Below, piece after piece: positions 47,001-58,044 of a stretch of DNA of 64,000 bases. The position numbers and the translations under genes are program-made. Each line of letters opens with the position of its first letter. Position 1 is the stretch's first letter. The DNA comes from Rebecca billardiae RCC1528 (taxonomy: Eukaryota > Protista > Haptophyta), in assembly GCA_965240325.2 (NCBI GenBank), contig OZ251237.1, positions 496,001 through 560,000 on the forward strand, written 5' to 3'. The notes beneath the pieces are model-generated. The model saw only the letters and a program-made list of their open reading frames with translations, was not told where the DNA came from and did no database searches.

Positions 47001-50000
47001 TGCGCAGCACGCTGAACGGCAACTCCTTCTCGGGCAGCCTGCCGACGGAGATCGGCCTCTTGCAGGCTTTGACCCGGATGTACGCGCGGCCGGAGCCAGG
47101 AGCGATGGCGCGACATGCTCGCCAGCCATGCGGTCGCACAGCGCGCTGCACGCCCTGCCGAGCCTGACCGCCCGGTGGCATGCGATGCGCTCGAACGCCA
47201 CTCGCTGCGCAGGTGGGCGTATGACAACTCCTTCTCGGGCAGCCTGCCGACGGAGATCGGCCTCATGACGGCCGTGAAATTTATGTACGCGCGGCAGGGG
47301 CCAGGGGCGGTGGCGCGGCATTCTCGCCAGCCACGCTGGCGCACAGCGCGGCGCACACCCTGCCGAGCCTGACCTCCCGCTCGCGTCGTCAACGCGCTCG
47401 CACGCCACTCGCTGCGCAGGTACGCGTATGACAACACGTTTTCAGGCACCCTTCCAACGCAGATTGGCCTGATGACAGCCCTGATCCACATGTATGCGCG
47501 ATCAAGGCCAGGGGTGGTGACACGCCATTCTGACCCGCCACGCGGGCGCACAGCACGGCGCCGCTGCGCACGCCCTGCCGAGTCTGACCGCCCGCTCGCG
47601 TCGGCAATGCGCTCGAACGCCGTTCGCTGCGCAGGTACGTGCAGGACAACTCCTTCTCGGGCACCCTTCCCACGGAGATCGGCAACATGACGGCCCTGAA
47701 CGATATGTGCGCGCGGCCAGGGCCACGGGCGGCGGCGCTCGCGCGACGGGCGGGTCCCCGCGTGCCCCGGGTGATCCCACGCTGCGCCGCGCGTGCTGCT
47801 CCTGCCGCTGACGCCGACGCGTGCACGGCCGTGCCCCCGCCCCGTCGCCGCGGATTGGTACCATCGATACTTGCAGGAGGGTCCAGAACACGCAGCTGTG
47901 GCAGCCCGGCGGCACGCACGTGTACCCTGCCGTGACGCCGTCGACACTCCCAGACGCACCACCGCCCGCCCCGCCCTCGCCACCCGCGGCCCCGCCCTCG
48001 CCACCCTCGCCACCGCCCTCTCCGCCGCCGCCGGACTCGCCGCCCAGCCCGCCACCGAGCCCGCCGCCGCCGCCGAGCCCACCACCGTCGCCGCCGCCGA
48101 GCCCGCCGCCGAGCCCGCCGCCCAACCCGCCACCGTCATCCCCGCCGAGCCCGCCACCGTCGCCGCCTCCGCCACCGAGCCCGCCGCCGAGCCCGCCGCC
48201 GAGCCCGCCGCCCAGCCCGCCGCCATCACCACCGCCGAGCCCACCACCGTCGCCGCCTCCGCCACCGTCACCACTGCCGAGCCCACCGCCGAGCCCGCCG
48301 CCGAGCCCGCCACCGCCGCCGAGCCCACCACCGTCGCCACCACCGAGCCCGCCGCCGCGCCCACCGCCCAGCCCGCCGCCGTCACCACCGCCGAGCCCAC
48401 CACCGCCGCCAAGCTCACCACCGTCGCCACCACCGAGCCCGCCACCCAGCCCGCCGCCCAGCCCGCCGCCGTCACCCCCGCCGAGGACACCACCGCCGCC
48501 AAGCCCACCACCGTCGCCACCACCGAGCCCGCCGCCGTCACCGCCGCCCAGCCCGCCGCCGTCACCGCCGCCGAGCCCGCCACCGTCGCCGCCTCCGCCA
48601 CCGTCGCCACCGCCGAGCCCACCGCCGAGCCCGCCGCCGAGCCCGCCACCGCCGCCAAGCCCACCACCGTCGCCACCACCGAGCCCGCCGCCGTCACCGC
48701 CGCCCAGCCCGCCGCCGTCACCGCCGCCGAGCCCGCCACCGTCGCCGCCTCCGCCACCGTCGCCACCGCCGAGCCCACCGCCGAGCCCGCCGCCGAGCCC
48801 GCCACCGCCGCCGAGCCCACCGCCGTCGCCACCACCGAGCCCGCCGCCGAGCCCGCCGCCCAGTCCGCCGCCGTCGCCACCGCCGAGTCCACCACCGCAG
48901 CCAAGCCCACCACCGTCACCACCACCGAGCCCGCCGCCGAGCCCACCGCCTTCATCCCCGCCGAGCCCGCCACCGTCGCCGCCTCCGCCACCGTCACCAC
49001 CACCGAGCCCACCGCCGAGCCCGCCGCCGAGCCCGCCACCGTCGCCACCGCCGAGCCCGCCGCCGCGCCCGCCGCCCAGCCCGCCGCCGTCACCACCGCC
49101 GAGCCCACCACCATCGCCGCCTCCACCACCGTCACCACCACCGAGCCCACCGCCGAGCCCGCCGCCGAGCCCGCCACCGCCGCCGAGCCCACCACCGTCG
49201 CCACCACCGAGCCCGCCGCCGAGCCCGCCGCCCAGCCCGCCGCCATCACCACCGCCGAGCCCGCCACCGTCGCCACCTCCGCCACCGTCACCACCGCCGA
49301 GCCCACCGCCGACTCCGCCGCCGAGCCCGCCACCGCCGCCAAGCCCACCACCGTCGCCACCACCGAGCCCGCCGCCGCGCCCGCCGCCCAGCCCGCCGCC
49401 GCCACCGCCGCCGAGCCCACCACCGTCACCACCACCGAGCCCGCCGCCGAGCCCGCCTCCGAGCCCGCCACCACCGCCGAGCCTGCCGCCGTCACCACCG
49501 CCGAGCCCGCCGCCCAGCCCGCCGCCCAGCCCGCCGCCGCCACCACCGCCGAGCCCGCCACCGTCGCCACCTCCGCCACCGTCACCACCGCCGAGCCCAC
49601 CGCCGAGCCCGCCGCCGAGCCCGCCACCGCCGCCAAGCCCACCACCGTCGCCACCACCGAGCCCGCCGCCGCGCCCGCCGCCCAGCCCGCCGCCGCCACC
49701 GCCGCCGAGCCTACCACCGTCACCACCACCGAGCCCGTCACCGAGCCCGCCTCCGAGCCCGCCACCACCGCCGAGCCTGCCGCCGTCACCACCGCCGAGC
49801 CTGCCGCCCAGCCCGCCGCCCAGCCCGCCGCCGCCACCACCGCCGAGCCCGCCACCGTCGCCGAGCCCACCACCGTCGCCACCACCGAGCCCGCCGCCGA
49901 GCCCGCCGCCGTCACCACCACCCAGTCCACCACCACCGCCGCCGAGCCCGCCGCAGAACCCGCCCCCCAGCCCACCATCGCAGCCGCCGCCGTCGTCGCC

Positions 50001-53000
50001 GCCTGCCTCTGCGCCCTCCGCCCCACAGCCACCGCCGCCGCCGCCGCCCTCGCCACGAGCGATGGGCCGCGCGTACGACGGCTACCTTGCGGACTGTATC
50101 GTCTTCGTCGACCTCGACGCCGACCTTCGACTCGACGCGGACGAGCCGTTCGCCGCCACCGACGCGAGCGGCGGCTTCCCGCTGCTCAACGCGGACGGGC
50201 GGTACGGCGCCGCGCCGTACGTGCTGCTCGCCGAGGCGGGCGGCGCGTGCGTCGACTCCAACTCCGGGCTCGACGTGAGGATCCCGCTGATGGCGGGCGC
50301 GGGGCAGGCGGCCATCTCGTCGATGACAACGGTCGTACTACTCGCCGCGCGCGCGCTCGAGGCGCGCGGCGTGGGCGCGCCCGCGCTCGCCCTGCTCTCC
50401 TCCGGCGGCGGCGCGCCTAGCGAGGCGGCCGCGTCCGACCTCGAGCTCGCGACCGAGCTCGCGGTCGGCGGCTGCCTGCAGCTGGACATGGGGCCGGCCG
50501 GCGGGCTCGCCGACCCGTTCCCCGAGCTGTGGCTCGGTGGCGAGCAGGCCGCGCCCAAGGTGGAGCTTGTGCAGCACACGGCGGCGCTGCACGCCGTGAC
50601 GACGCTCGTTGCGGGCGCGCTCGCCGCGTACGACTCTGGCAACTCGACGCAGGCTGCGTCCGCGGAGGCGATGCGTCCGCACGCGGCGAGCGTGCAGCAG
50701 GCGATGGCCACGCTGATGGCGGACGCGCTCGAGGCCGGGCTGCGCGCTGCGGCGCTCAACCTGACCAGCGGTGCGCCTCTCGGTGGGGCCAGTACCGGCG
50801 CTGCGCTGCCCAACGTGTCGTGCGCGCTCGACCTCGGCTCGGAGGCGACGGTGGAGGCGGTCGTGTTGCGCGCGAGCGCGCAGCAGCTGGGCGCGAGCGT
50901 GCAGCCGCCGGCCGAGACGGTAGCGCCACTCTCGCGGCTGGTCTCCTCCACCGTGCGCGCGACGCGGTCGTTCCTGCAGCCCGCCGCCGCCGCGGTGCGA
51001 GCCTCGCCCAACGCCACGGCCAACGCCACCGCCGCCGCGTCGGCCTACGTGCAGCGCGTGAGCGCGGGCACTCGGCTCGTGCAGTCGACGCTGCTCACGA
51101 TGGTCGCGCCGCTGCTCGCGACGCTGGGGCGCGAGATGCGGGCGCCAAACGCGACGACGACGCCGCTCGCTGGCGCGAACGCAAGCAACGCAACGGCGCT
51201 CAACGCGACCGACGGCGAGCCTGCCGCCGGCGGCGGCGCGGGCTCGTCCGCGCTGCTCGCCTCGACGGTGGCCGCTCTGCAGGAGATCGCAATCTCGGTG
51301 GGCGTGGCCGACGGCACCCGCACGCCCGCCGCGGTCGAGAGCGAGTTGAGCAGCGTGGACCCGGCGGAATGCCCGCCGACGGCTTGGTGCGCATCGGCAG
51401 CCGCCCTCTTGCACCCGCCGCGGCTGCTGCGGGCGCGCTTCAACGGCCAGGCGACGGCGCTGCGCCTCGAGTTTGACGCGCAGCCGACCAACCGCGCGGG
51501 CATGGCGACGGGCGTGCAGCCGTGCAGCATTGTGCTCGACGATGCGACGCTCGCCCGCGTGCGCGGCGCGGCGGAGGCGGAGCCGGGCTGCTTCTGGGAG
51601 GACGATAGCACGCTTGTCGTGCATCTGGACAGCCGCACCGCTCTGCTCCCCGGCGATGCCGTGGGCATCCGCGCCGACGCGCTGCGGCCGCGCGACAGCG
51701 CGCAGCCGTGCCCGCACGAGCTGTGCGCGCCCGCGGCGCAGGTGACCATCCCGGCACAGCCCGCGGCGGCGTGCGTCGGCGGATGCCCGGTACCCGTGGC
51801 GGTGCTCGCAGGGCCGACGACGGTGTCGCCGTGCCCGTATCAGCCCATTCTGCTGCGCTCGACCGGCTCGTCCGCCGGCGGCGTCGCTGCGCCCGAGTAC
51901 TCCTGGTCCGTCAACGCGTCGGCAGCGGCAGCGCTCGCGCCCGCCGCCGCGGCCGCGCTCGTCTCTCGGGTGGCGGCGGCGCGGGGGGCGAGCCTGAGCG
52001 TAGAGCTGCCGCCGGGCGCCGAGTTTGTCTTCGAGCTCCGGCTCGTCTCGTTCCTCGGCTTCGCCTCCGCGCCCGCCGCCGCCACCGTTGCCCGCACCGC
52101 CTCGCTCTCGCCGACGGTCGCGCTGCTCGGCCCGGCGGTGCAGACGGTGGCGCGGCCGGGCGCAAAGCACGTGCTGCTCGTGCGCGCCGAGCCTGCGTTG
52201 TGCTGGCCGGCGGCGACGTCGCGTGGGATTCAGTTTCTGTGGGCGGTGCGCGCCGCGCAGCCCGCCGACGGCTCCGCCGGCCCTACGCCGCCGCCACCCT
52301 TCGACGCGGCGACGGCGGGCACGCGCGCGCAGCTCACGCTTGCGCCATACTCGCTTCGCGCTGGCTACCGGTATGAGCTCGAGCTCACGGCGACGATGGC
52401 GGCGGACGCGGCGGCGAGCGCGAGCGTGCGTGTGGAGCTGCTCGTGGGCACGGCGCCCGTACGCGCCGCCATCGCCTCGGGCGACCGCACCGCCTCGCTC
52501 GAGGCGGACGCCATCGTGTTCGACGGCTCGGCCTCTGCCGACGGCAACACGGGCGGCTCGGACGGCCTGGCTTTCGCGTGGACGGTGCTGAGCGCGGGCG
52601 GCGGCAGCGGCGGGCCGCCGCCGTCGCCGCTCGCATCGGTGTCCGGCACGGCTGCGAATGCGACGCACTTCTCGCTCGCGCCCGCTCAGCTCGGCCTCGC
52701 CGCGGGCGAGTACGACGTCCGCCTCGCCGTCTCGAGCGCGGACGGGCGCGCGGCCACGGCCAGCGTGCGGCTCACGCTCGTGCCGAGCGCTGTGCCGCAG
52801 CTGGCGCTGGCGCTCAGTGGGGCCGGGCGCGGGAAGTACAACGCGGCTTGGGACTCGCCCGGCGAGTCCATCTCGGTGCTCGTGACGCTAGATTTCGGCG
52901 TGTCCGCTGCCGAGACCGCTGACAAGCCCGCCCTCGCGTACCGCTGGAGCGTCGCCGAGATGGTCGATGGCGTGGCCGCGCCCGCGCGCCGCGTCGACGG

Positions 53001-56000
53001 CCGCCCGCTCGACCTCGCAGACGCGCGCACGACCACGACGACGGGCGACGCGAAGCGCTCTCTCGTCTTTCGTTCGGGGGTGCTCACGCCCGGCGCGACG
53101 TACGCGCTCACGCTCACGCTCGAGGTGTCTGGCGCCGCGCAGCCCGCCGTCTCCCGCCTCACCGTGGTGATGAACCGCCCTCCGTACGGCGGCAGCCTGC
53201 AGCTGTCGCCGGCCGAGGCGCGCGCGTTCGAGCCCGTCGCGCTGATCGCGGCCGGCTGGACGGACGACGAGGCTGAGGACCTGCCGCTGCGGTACGCGTT
53301 CGGGTACGTGCGCGCGGGCGCGGCGGCGGAGCAGCAACTCACTGCCGCGTCCTCGCTCGAGCCCTCCGCCTCCGCCGTGCTGCCCGAGGGCGAGCACAAC
53401 GCGACGCTCGCCGTGACCGACCAGTTTGGCGGCGTGGCGAGGGCGAGCGCGCTCGCGCGCGTGCTGCCGCTGCCACCGGCCAACGTCACCGCGGAGGCGG
53501 CGGCCGGGCAGGTGAGCGCGGCGCAGAGCGCGCTCGACGAGGGCGACGTCGACCTTGCGCTGCAGCTCGTGGTCGCCGTCGCAGATGCCCGCCGTCACCG
53601 AGGCCAACGCCACCGATGCGCGCGCCGTCACAGCCAGCCTGCTCTCGCAAACAGCCGCGCTCGCAGCCGCTGGCGTGTCTGAGCTCGACGGCGGGGCGGC
53701 GGCGTTGTCGAATGCGGTCGCATCAGCGCTTGCCGAGCCGCTCGCGCTCTCCGCCGACTCGCAGCTCCAAGGCCTTACGCAGCTCGCCGCCATCGTCGGG
53801 GACTCGCCGTCGGCAGACGGCATTGACGCCACGACCGCGGGCAACGTCGGCCGCGGCATCGACTCGGTCCTCGCCGCAGCCGCTCCCGGCGGCGGCGACG
53901 GCGGCACCTCGCCGAGCGCGGGGACGGAGCCGGCGATAGACGAGGCAGTGCGGAGCTCCGCACGCACGCGCTCCGACGGGCTGCTCCTCGGTGTGCTCCC
54001 GGGCGAGCGCGCGCGCGACTTCGTCGGCGAGCGGCTGAGCCTGAGCTCGGCGCGAGAGTTTGCCGCTCTGTCGATGTGGCCGGCGGGCGCGGCACGGTGG
54101 GCCTACCGGTGGGCGTGCTCGACGGCAGTTCGGTTACTGGCGACGCGGTGGATGTGCAGCTCGTGCTGCTCCAGCGCAACGTGCACGACGACCCGCGAGA
54201 CCGTCCAGGCGACCTCGCCACGGCGAGCTCGAGCGCGCTCGGCGGCGGCAGCGACACCGAGTATGCGCTCGGCGAGCAGCGCGCGCTGTTCGGCGTGACG
54301 CTCGCGGACGCGCGGTCGCGCGCGCCGTTGCAGATTCGCGAGCTGGCGACGTCGATCACCATCACCATCCCGCTGCTGGGCGTGGACGAGCTGCCGTCGC
54401 TCGGCGGCGAGCCGCGCGCCTCCGGCGTGTGCGCGGACGCGAGCGAGTGCGCGCCGCCTGGCGACGAGCCGCGCGGCAGCTGCATCGCGGCGCCGGCTGT
54501 CAACGCCTCCGCTGGCGACAGCGGAGGCGGCAGCGGCGGAGCATGCGTGTGCAACGCGGGCTTCGCGGGGGCGGCGTGTGACCAGCTGCAGACCTGCCAC
54601 TTCTGGAACGAGACGTCGCGTCGCTGGTCCTCCGAAGGCTGCCGCGCCGTCGCCGTGAGCGCGGGCGCGCTCGTGTGCGCGTGCGACCACCTCACCGACT
54701 TCGTCGCCCTCGGCGCCGCGATCGAGAGCGTCGCGGCGGGCGACGACTCCGGCGAGGTCGCGGTGAATCAAATCGAGACGGAGAAGCTCGAGGACAAGTC
54801 ACCGAGCGGCGTGGTCCAGGAGGTGGCCGGGCGCCTTGCGGCCAACTTTTGGGGCGTGGTCGTCGTGTGCGTCGTGCTCGGGCCGATGCTGCTGCTGCTC
54901 CTCGTCGCGCACCGCGTCGACCTGCAGATCGAGCGGCAGCCGTCGGTGCCGCAGTGGAAGCTGCGCGCGGCAAAGTCCATCTGGTGGCGCGCGGGGGCGC
55001 ACATGCTCACGCGCTCGACGCTCACCTCGTGGCTCACGCGGCTGCCGGGCGACCCGGTGAGCGCGAAGATGCGCGTGCTGCTGCTGATGAACGTGACGCT
55101 GGTCGAGCTCTTCGTGATGGCGCTCTTCATCGGCCAGGCGGAGGACATCTCCGCGACGCAGCTCATCGTGAGCGTGGCGGTGGGCATCGCGTCGGGCTAC
55201 CCGTACGAGGCCTTCTTCCTCGAGCGGCTGCTCGTGTGGAGCGTGCGCAGGCGCGGGCTGCTCGAGGAGCGGCCGGACGGCGTCGACCTGGCGGACGAGC
55301 AGGCGCGCCGCGCCGCGCTGCGCGTGGCGGCGGTGGTCCAGCCGACGACCGCAGCGACTAGTGCGGCCGCCGCGGCGAAGACGGCGCGGGGCGCGGCAAG
55401 GGCGGCGCACGACGCGGTGCAGGGCGCGGCCCACGCCGCAGCGCACGCCGCGCACCTCGACCGCCCCAACGCCCAGCAGCCCAAGGACAGCGAGTCGGAC
55501 GGAAGCGAGCCGGTCGCGCACAAGCTTCGGTACGCCCGGCCGGAGCTCGTCAAGCTGATCGAGGCCGACGCGGTCAGCGCGCTGGCGGCCAGCGAGGCGG
55601 CGGGCGAGGAGACCAGTGGCGCGCCCTCGCCCCCGCCCTCGCTGAGCGCGCAGTCCTCGCCCATGCATCGGTCGCAGTCGCCCGTCGCGCCGCACCGCGC
55701 GGCGGATTCAGGCGCGCATGACAGCGGCAGCAGGGTGGCGCCGCCGCGCGCGCTCGTGCGCCGCGCGAGCTCGGTCCGCTCGGTGGCCCAGCCCGGCTGG
55801 ATGCGGGCCAAGGCCGCCGGCCTGCCGCCGGGCACGATGACGGTGAGCATGCCCGACCAGGCGCTCATCTCCATCCCGACGGAGCATGGGCAGATCGTCG
55901 GCTTCTTCGTCGCGCGCACGTGGCAGGAGACCGTGATCAAGACGATCCCTCCGCCCAACAGGCGGTCCATCCTCTCCGAGATGGCGGGCGTGCAGCTGCA

Positions 56001-56937
56001 CTTTGACCGCGGGCAGGACGAGCTGCTGGCGGAGGCGCACCGCACGCTCGACTTCCTCCACGACGGCGTGCCTGACGTGCGCTTTGTGCAGGCCGAGCAC
56101 GTGTACCGCCGCGCCCCGATCCCCGCAGACGAGGCGAGGAGAACGTACGGCATGGTGAGCATGCGCATGCACACGCGGCGCGAGTTGACGGCCGGAGGCG
56201 CTGCCAAGAAGGCGCGGCGGAGCAGCCTGATGGCCGGCCGGGGGCGCGGAGACAAGGAGAGCGTGCCGATGGGCAAGATGGTGCAGGTCGTGCACCTCAC
56301 CAGCCCGTACGTCGACGGCCGCCAGATCCTGCCCACCGACGTGATCGCGCAGCCCAACGTGGCCACGCGCGCCGCCCTCGAGGCGTACGACCGGTTGCAA
56401 GGCCACGGCGACGGCCACCGCCAAGGGCACGCCGCGGCCGCCGAGCTCGGCGAGGCCGAGGCAGCGGCTGCGGAGTTGGGCGCGGCGGCCACAAGCGCGC
56501 ACGCCGAGCCGATGACACGCCATCGCGTGCACGAGCGCGTGCGCCTCACACGCTCCGAGCTGGAGCACGCGCAGTGGTGGTCGAACAAGCCGAAGACGTG
56601 GAAGCTGCGGACGGCGACCACGGTGAACGTGCTCCTCATCTGCGCCGTGGCGTGCATGGTGCTCGCCTTCTCCATCCTCGGCGGCGCGGGCGTGCGCGAC
56701 CCCGACATGTGGCGGCAGGAGATCCTCGTCGCGTGGCTCATCGAGACCGCGTTCAAGCTCGCGCTCATCGAGCCGGGCGTCGTGATCACGCAGCTGATCG
56801 TCGACCTCGTTGTGAAGACGTGCGTGCCCGAGTCGTACCGCGCATGGGCGATCGAGGTGTTCGTCGAGCCCCTCCTCCACCAGCTGCGCAGGCCGAAGAA
56901 GCTGTTCAAGGATGTCCTCGGCTTCGACGTGTGCTAG
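44041..56937 (+). CDS. giant LRR - Ser/Pro stalk - REJ-like - EGF - GPS - 5TM polycystin-1-like surface receptor (>=18 exons; contains frame disruptions)
   Basis: Signal peptide in exon 1 (44041-44208); LRR exon 44486-44553, then 15 cassette exons; large exon from 47877. GPS motif CHFWNETSRRWSSEGC...CACDHLTDF; EGF CVCNAGFAGAAC; five hydrophobic segments. Frame changes near 53585 and 54070. Confidence 0.8.
44554..47706 (+). repeat. tandem array of 15 intron + LRR-exon units (~195-230 bp period)
   Basis: Exons start at 44729, 44936, 45130, 45357, 45562, 45767, 45967, 46174, 46383, 46590, 46803, 47008, 47213, 47420, 47635. Each is 72 nt except 45767 (65 nt), preceded by CGCTGCGCAG and followed by GT. 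Confidence 0.95.
47957..50055 (+). repeat. extensin/pherophorin-like (SPPP)n coding repeat, ~700 aa
   Basis: Translation is almost entirely Ser-Pro3-5. Confidence 0.95.
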
Positions 56938-57923
56938 TTGATGGGTGCGCCCTGCTGCTAGCACGTCGTCGTCAACAAATAGTCCATCGACTTTGATCAG
57001 CGCCACGTGCCCTACCTGCGGTGCGCGCGCATGCGTACTAAGCCGCACTCCGTCCCTCGCGGACGCGCGCACTGGCGGGCGGCGCCAGCCAGTGCTGCCC
57101 ACGTGCTGCTGACCAGTGACGCGCTGCCCACACCACCATAGGCACCACACTTGTGCGCGTCGGGACTGACTTGTGTCGCGCTCAGCCGGCGCATGGTTCT
57201 GGATCTACTTTTGGACCGCCACGCTGCTGTGAGGCGACTCTGCGATGAGGATCAGATGTGAGATGGCGACGATGATATGACGACGACGACAGCTGCTGCT
57301 GCTCTGATTATTGATTATCCTGGACGACGACGGTGGCGCGGCAGTAGTCACCGTGCATGTAACAGCAGTCATCAGCCAGACACTCGCACGCCTTCATTCC
57401 GCAGGAATGCTTATGCTCCTCTATGCGGAGCAGTGTAATCCCAGCAGCTCGGTGCCGCATCTTCGACCAACGCGCCCCGCCATCGCGAGCCCACCCACGC
57501 CTCGCGCATATGGATGCACATACGGCCCGAGCAGAACCTCGCACTGCCGCCCGGACGTGACGCCGCTCTCGCAGTACAGCCACAAGGTTGCCAGACGGTT
57601 CCGGCGCGCGGGCGCGTGTACATGACTACACCTGCACGCGGAAGCCGTTCGAGTTCCCAGCAGGTCCCAACCTCCGCCGTGGACGCCTCGCGTCGAGCTG
57701 CGCAACGCCCGCCCACCGCGTGCGACACAGCTCGCGAGCGCGAGTCAAGCGGCGAAGCGAGACCGTTGGCGAGCGGTTCGGAAGGCCCACGAGGCTGGTT
57801 TTTGTGCGGCATCCTGCCTGAGGCCGCGAGTTCGGCCGGCGGTTTCTTAAAAGTCTAAACCAAAAAGGAGGGATCTCGGCATCGTGATTTCGACATCTCC
57901 GCGAGGCGAATCAGCTGCACCAT

Positions 57924-57939
57924 CCAGATAGTATTGGGA
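57924..57939 (+). promoter_or_regulatory. 16-bp upstream motif shared with the downstream paralog
   Basis: CCAGATAGTATTGGGA, starting 121 nt before ATG 58045; identical copy at 63696. Confidence 0.5.
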
Positions 57940-58044
57940 TGGAACCAAACTGCTCCCGAACGGCCAAACCGCACACGAACGCCCTTGCACGAACCACACG
58001 CGCTTGGCGGGAAGAGAGTCGCCGGCCGATTGACCTCGACAAGG

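Noticed and set aside
44554-47706. CRISPR-like or DGR-like interpretation of the regular conserved/variable array
   Set aside because: The units are GT-AG introns plus LRR exons in a eukaryotic gene. No cas or reverse transcriptase gene is visible, and the variation is not obviously confined to adenines
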